A DNA stretch of 64,000 nucleotides from Pristiophorus japonicus (taxonomy: Eukaryota): assembly GCF_044704955.1 (NCBI RefSeq), contig NC_092008.1:4216001-4280000 (forward strand), in the 5' to 3' direction. Under the pieces are notes generated by a model. That model was given only the letters and a program-made list of their open reading frames with translations, searched no databases and was not told where the DNA came from. The position numbers and the translations under genes were made by a program. Shown here one piece after another: positions 59,700 to 64,000 of this stretch (the stretch's first letter is position 1; the number at the start of each line of letters is the position of its first letter).

Positions 59700-61135
59700 A
59701 TTTGGGCAAATACATGGCAGGTGCAGTATAATGTGGATAAATGTGAGGTTATCCACTTTGGTGGCAAAAACAGGAAGGCAGAATATTATCTGAATGGTGG
59801 CAGATTAGTAAAAAGGGAGGTGCAACGAGACCTGGGTTTCATGGTACATCGGTCATTGAAAGTTGGCATGCAGGTACAGCAGGCGGTGAAGAAGGCAAAT
59901 GGTATGTTGGCCTTCATAGCGAGAGGATTTGAGTATAGGAGCAGGGAGGTCTTACTGGAGTTGTACAGGGCCTTGGTGAGGCCTCACCTGGAATATTGTG
60001 TTCAGTTTTGGTCTCCTAATCTGAGGAAGGACGTTCTTGCTATTGAGGGAGTGCAGCGAAGGTTCACCAGACTGATTCCCGGGATGGCAGGACTGACATA
60101 TGAGGAAAGACTGGATCGACTGGGCTTATACTCACTGGAATTTAGAAGGATGAGAGGGGATCTCATAGAAACATATAAAACTCTGACGGGACTGGACAGG
60201 TTAGATGCAGGAAGAATGTTCCCGATGTTGGGGAAGTCCAGAACCAGGGGTCACAGTCTAAGGATAAGGGGTAAGCCATTTAGGACCGAGTTGAGGAGAA
60301 ACTTCTTCACTCAGAGAATTGTGAACCTGTGGAATTCTCTACCACAGAAAGTTGTCGAGGCCAGTTCGTTAGATATATTCAAAAGGGAGTTAGATGTGGC
60401 CCTTACAGCTAAAGGGATCAGGGGTATGGAGAGAAAGCAGGAATGGGATACTGAGGGAATGATCAGCCATGATCATATTGAATGGTGGTGCAGACTCAAA
60501 GGGCCGAATAGCCTGCTCCTGCACCTATTTTCTATGTTTCTATGATCCCTAGAGAACAAAAATCTACCGACCTCAGCCTTGAATATACTGAACGACTGAG
60601 CCTCCACAGCCCTCTGGGGCAGAGAATTCCAAAGATTCACCCCCCTCTGAGTGAAGAAATTCCTCCTCATCTCAGCCCTAAATGGCCGACCCCTTATGCT
60701 GAGACTGTGACCCCTGGTTCTAGACTCCCCAGCCCGGGGGAAACATCCTCTCAGCATCTACCCTGTCAATCCCCCTCAGAGTCTTACATATTTCAATGAC
60801 ATTGTCACAATTCTATGGTTCTATTAAATCACCTTTCATTCTTCTGAACTCATGCAATCATAGAACGGTGACTGCACAGGAGGAGGCCATTCAGCCCTTC
60901 GAGCCCGTGCCGGCTCTCTGCAAGAGCACCTCAGCCAGTCCCACTCCCCCACCCTTTCCCCGTAGCCTTGCAAATTTTTTCCTTCAGGTACTTAAGGGAA
61001 TAAGGGGTTATGGGGAGCGGACAGGGATGTGGAGTTGAGCCCATGATCGGATCAGCCACGATCTTATTAAATGGCGGAGCAGGCTCGAGGGGCCGAATGG
61101 CCGACTCCTGCTCCTAATTCTTATGTTCTTATGAG
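59700..61135. mobile_element. CR1 3' fragments (+ 59700-60545; - 60550-60800; short + end about 60990-61135)
   Basis: 308-aa ORF 59619-60545 with the CR1 C-terminus. Confidence 0.87.
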
Positions 61136-61220
61136 ATGCTGCTTAAAACCAAGCTTTTCGTCATCTGCCATCATTTCTTCGCAAGTGGCTCAGAGTGAAA
61201 TTTATCTGCTTTGTCTTATC

Positions 61221-62490
61221 AACATCATCATCATCGGCAGTCCCTTGGAATCGAGGAAGACTTGCTTCCTCTCTAAAAATGAGTCCTTAGGTGGCTGAAC
61301 AGGTGGATCTGTCAATATTAGCATGCAAGGTGATTCAGTCTGCCAATATTATCGCAATTCGCAAAGCTTAAATAGTGCACCTCACGGAATTGGCATCCAA
61401 TTATAAATCTAATGGGAATGTTAATGGTGCGGTTATTGTGTGCAAATCAAAGTTGTGTCAAGACTGCGGATCAGCCCAGTCTCTTAGGCATGTGGGGTGT
61501 GGGCGAACACCCCATTATTGAAGAGATTTCATCACCATCATCGGCAGTCCCTCGGGATCGAGGAAGACTTGCTTCCACTCCTGAAGTGAGTCCTTAGGTG
61601 GCTGAACAGTCCAATACGGGAGCCACAGTCCCTGTCACAGGTGGGACAGACAGTGGTTGAGGGAAGGGGAGGGTGGGACTGGTTTGCCGCACGCTCCTTC
61701 CGCTGCCTGCGCTTGGTTCCTGCACGCTCTCGGCGACGAGACTCGAGGTGCTCAGCGCCCTCCCGGATGCACTTCCTCCATTTAGGGCGGACTGGTCTTT
61801 GGCCAGGGACTCCCAGGTGTCGGTGGGGATGTTGCACTTTATCAGGGAGGCTTTGAGGGTGGTCCCTTGTAACGTTTCCTCTGCCCACCTGGGGCTCGTT
61901 TGCCCGTGAAGGAGTTCCGAGTAGAGAGCTTGCTTTGGGAGTCTCGTGTCTGGAGGGCATGCGGACAATGTGGCCCTGCCCAGCGGAGCTGGTCGAGTGT
62001 GGTCAGTGCTTCGATGCTGGGGATGTTGGCCTGGTCGAGGACGCTAACGTTGGTGCGTCTGTCCTCCCGGGAGATTTGCAGGATCTTGCGGAGACATCGC
62101 TGGTGGTATTTCTCCAGCGACTTGAGGTGTCTACTGTACATGGTCCGTGTCTCTCAGCCATACAGGAGGGCAGGTATCACTACAGCCCTGTAGACCATGA
62201 GCTTGGTGGTGGATTTAAGGGCCTGGTCTTCAAACACTCTTTTCCTCAGGCGGCCGAAGGCTGCACTGGCGCACTGGAGGCGGTGTTGGATCTCGTCGTT
62301 AATGTCTGCCCTTGTTGATAGGAGGCTCCCGAGGTATGGGAAATGGTCCACGTTGTCCAGGGCCGCGCCGTGGATCTTGATGACTGGGGGGTAGTGCTGT
62401 GCAGCGAGGACAGGCTGGTGGAGGACCTTTGTCTTACGGATGTATAGCGTAAGGCCCTTGCTTTCGTACGCCTCAGTAAATCTATATCAA
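61221..62490 (-). mobile_element. RTE LINE (62490-61530) with a ~230-bp flank shared with the 47.5-kb copy, followed by a second short RTE 3' end (61300-61221)
   Basis: RTE motifs; 61301-61615 is the reverse complement of 49199-49517. Confidence 0.88.
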
Positions 62491-62494
62491 TACA

Positions 62495-63605
62495 TTGTTG
62501 GGGGTAATATATTAGCATGGATAGAAGATTGGCTGACAAACAGAAAACAGAGAGTCGGGATAAATGGTTCATTCTCTTGGGTTGGCAATCAGTAACTAGT
62601 GGGGTGCCGCAGGGATCAGTGCTGGGACCCCAACTATTTACAATCTATATTAACGACTTGGAAGAAGGGACCGAGTGTAACGTGGACAAGTTTGCTGACG
62701 ATACAAAGATGGGAGGAAAAGCAATGTGTGAGGAGGACACAAAAAATCTGCAAAAGGTCATAGACAGGCTCAGTGAGTGGGCAAAAATTTGGCAGATGGG
62801 GTATAATGTTGGAAAGTGTGAGGTCATGCACTTTGGCAGAAAAAAAATCAAAGAGCAAGTTATTATTTAAATGGAGAAAGATTGCAAAGTGCTGCAGTAC
62901 AGCGGGACATGGGGGTTACTTGTGCATGAAACACAAAAGGATAGTCTGCAGGTACAGCAAGTGATCAGGAAGGCCAATAGTATCTTGGCCTTTATTGCAA
63001 AGGGGATGGAGTATAAAAGCAGGGAAGTCTTGCTACAGTTATACAGGGTATTGGTGAGGCCACACCTGGAGTACTGCGTGCAGTTTTGGTTTCCATATTT
63101 ACAAAAGGATATACTTGCTTTGGAGGCAGTTCAGAGAAGGTTCACTCGGTTGATTTCCGGAGATGAGGGAGTTGACTTATGAGGAAAGGTTGAGGAGGTT
63201 GGGCCTCTACTCATTGGAATTCAGAAGAATGAGAGGTGATCTTATCGAAACGTATAAGATTATGAGGGGGCTGGACAAGGTGGATGCAGAGAGGATGTTT
63301 CCACTGTTGGGGGAGACTAGAACTAGGGGGCATGGTCTTAGAATAAGCGGCCGCCCATTTAAAACTGAGATGAGGAGGAATTTCTTCTCTCAGAGGGTCG
63401 TAAATCTGTGGAATTCGCTGCCCCAGAGAGCTGTGGAAGCCGGGACATTGAATAAATTTAAGACAGAGATAGACAGTTTCTTAACCGATAAGGGGGCGGG
63501 CAGGGAAGTGGAGCTGAGTCCATGATCGGATCAGCCATGATGGTATTAAATGGCGGAGCAGGCTCGAGGGGCCGAGTGGCCGACTCCTGTTCCGATTTCT
63601 GATGT
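62495..63605 (+). mobile_element. CR1 RT 3' half
   Basis: [34 protein letters not shown]. Confidence 0.9.
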
Positions 63606-63644
63606 TATGAATGATGATGTGCCGTCTCCTCTCTCCCGCTCCAG

Positions 63645-63833
63645 GTGGTGAAGCTGAAGGATGTCTTCCCCCACGGGACGGGCTTTGTGCTGGTCTTCGA
63701 GTACATGCTCTCCGACCTTTCCGAGGTCATCCGCAACTCCGACCGACCCCTGACCGAGTCGCAGGTCAAAGGCTACATGGTGATGCTGCTGAAAGGGGTG
63801 ACCTTTTGCCACGAGAACTCCATCATGCACCGG
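63645..63833 (+). CDS. CDK20: CDK20 exon 3
   Basis: cag|VVKLKDVFPHGTGFVLVFEYMLSDLSEVIRNSDRPLTESQVKGYMVMLLKGVTFCHENSIMHR|gtgaga, 189 nt; the gene continues beyond the window. Confidence 0.95.
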
Positions 63834-64000
63834 GTGAGAACCCATTCCCCCGTGTCCAGGCCCCATAAGAACAGGAGCAGGAGTCGGCCATTCGGCCCCT
63901 CGAGCCTGCTCCGCCATTTAATACCATCATGACTGATCCGATCGTGGACTCAGCTCCACTTCCCCGCCCGCCCCTTCACTCCCTTATCGTTCAAAAAATC

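Overview
Repeat-dense vertebrate genomic DNA, most likely from a cartilaginous fish (shark-type CR1 LINEs, RTE LINEs, Penelope fragments, a tRNA-headed Deu-domain SINE). Four spliced genes can be read: the terminal exon of a divergent Wnt7-subfamily gene (+, 5364-5846); HSD17B10 exons 1-5 (+, 31753-40759, with an apparent 1-nt deletion in exon 2); the first three coding exons of a RAB7A-like gene (-, 46341-43380) whose catalytic Gln is replaced by Thr; and CDK20 exons 1-3 (+, 53798-63833). A 200-N gap probably hides the 3' ends of HSD17B10 and the RAB7-like gene. The most unusual element is a 340-bp U2 snRNA-derived retroposon (48859-49198, -) with a poly(A) tail and an 11-bp target-site duplication, nested in an RTE LINE. 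That RTE's 3' end and flank recur inverted 12 kb away without the insert. Also notable: tandemly amplified TF-site arrays upstream of HSD17B10 (13 CCAAT boxes) and CDK20 (16 TGACATCA sites), and many minisatellites derived from SINE/LINE sub-segments. Nearly all long ORFs in the supplied track are repeat artefacts. All homology calls were made by eye from remembered sequences, not from database searches, and repeat boundaries are approximate.
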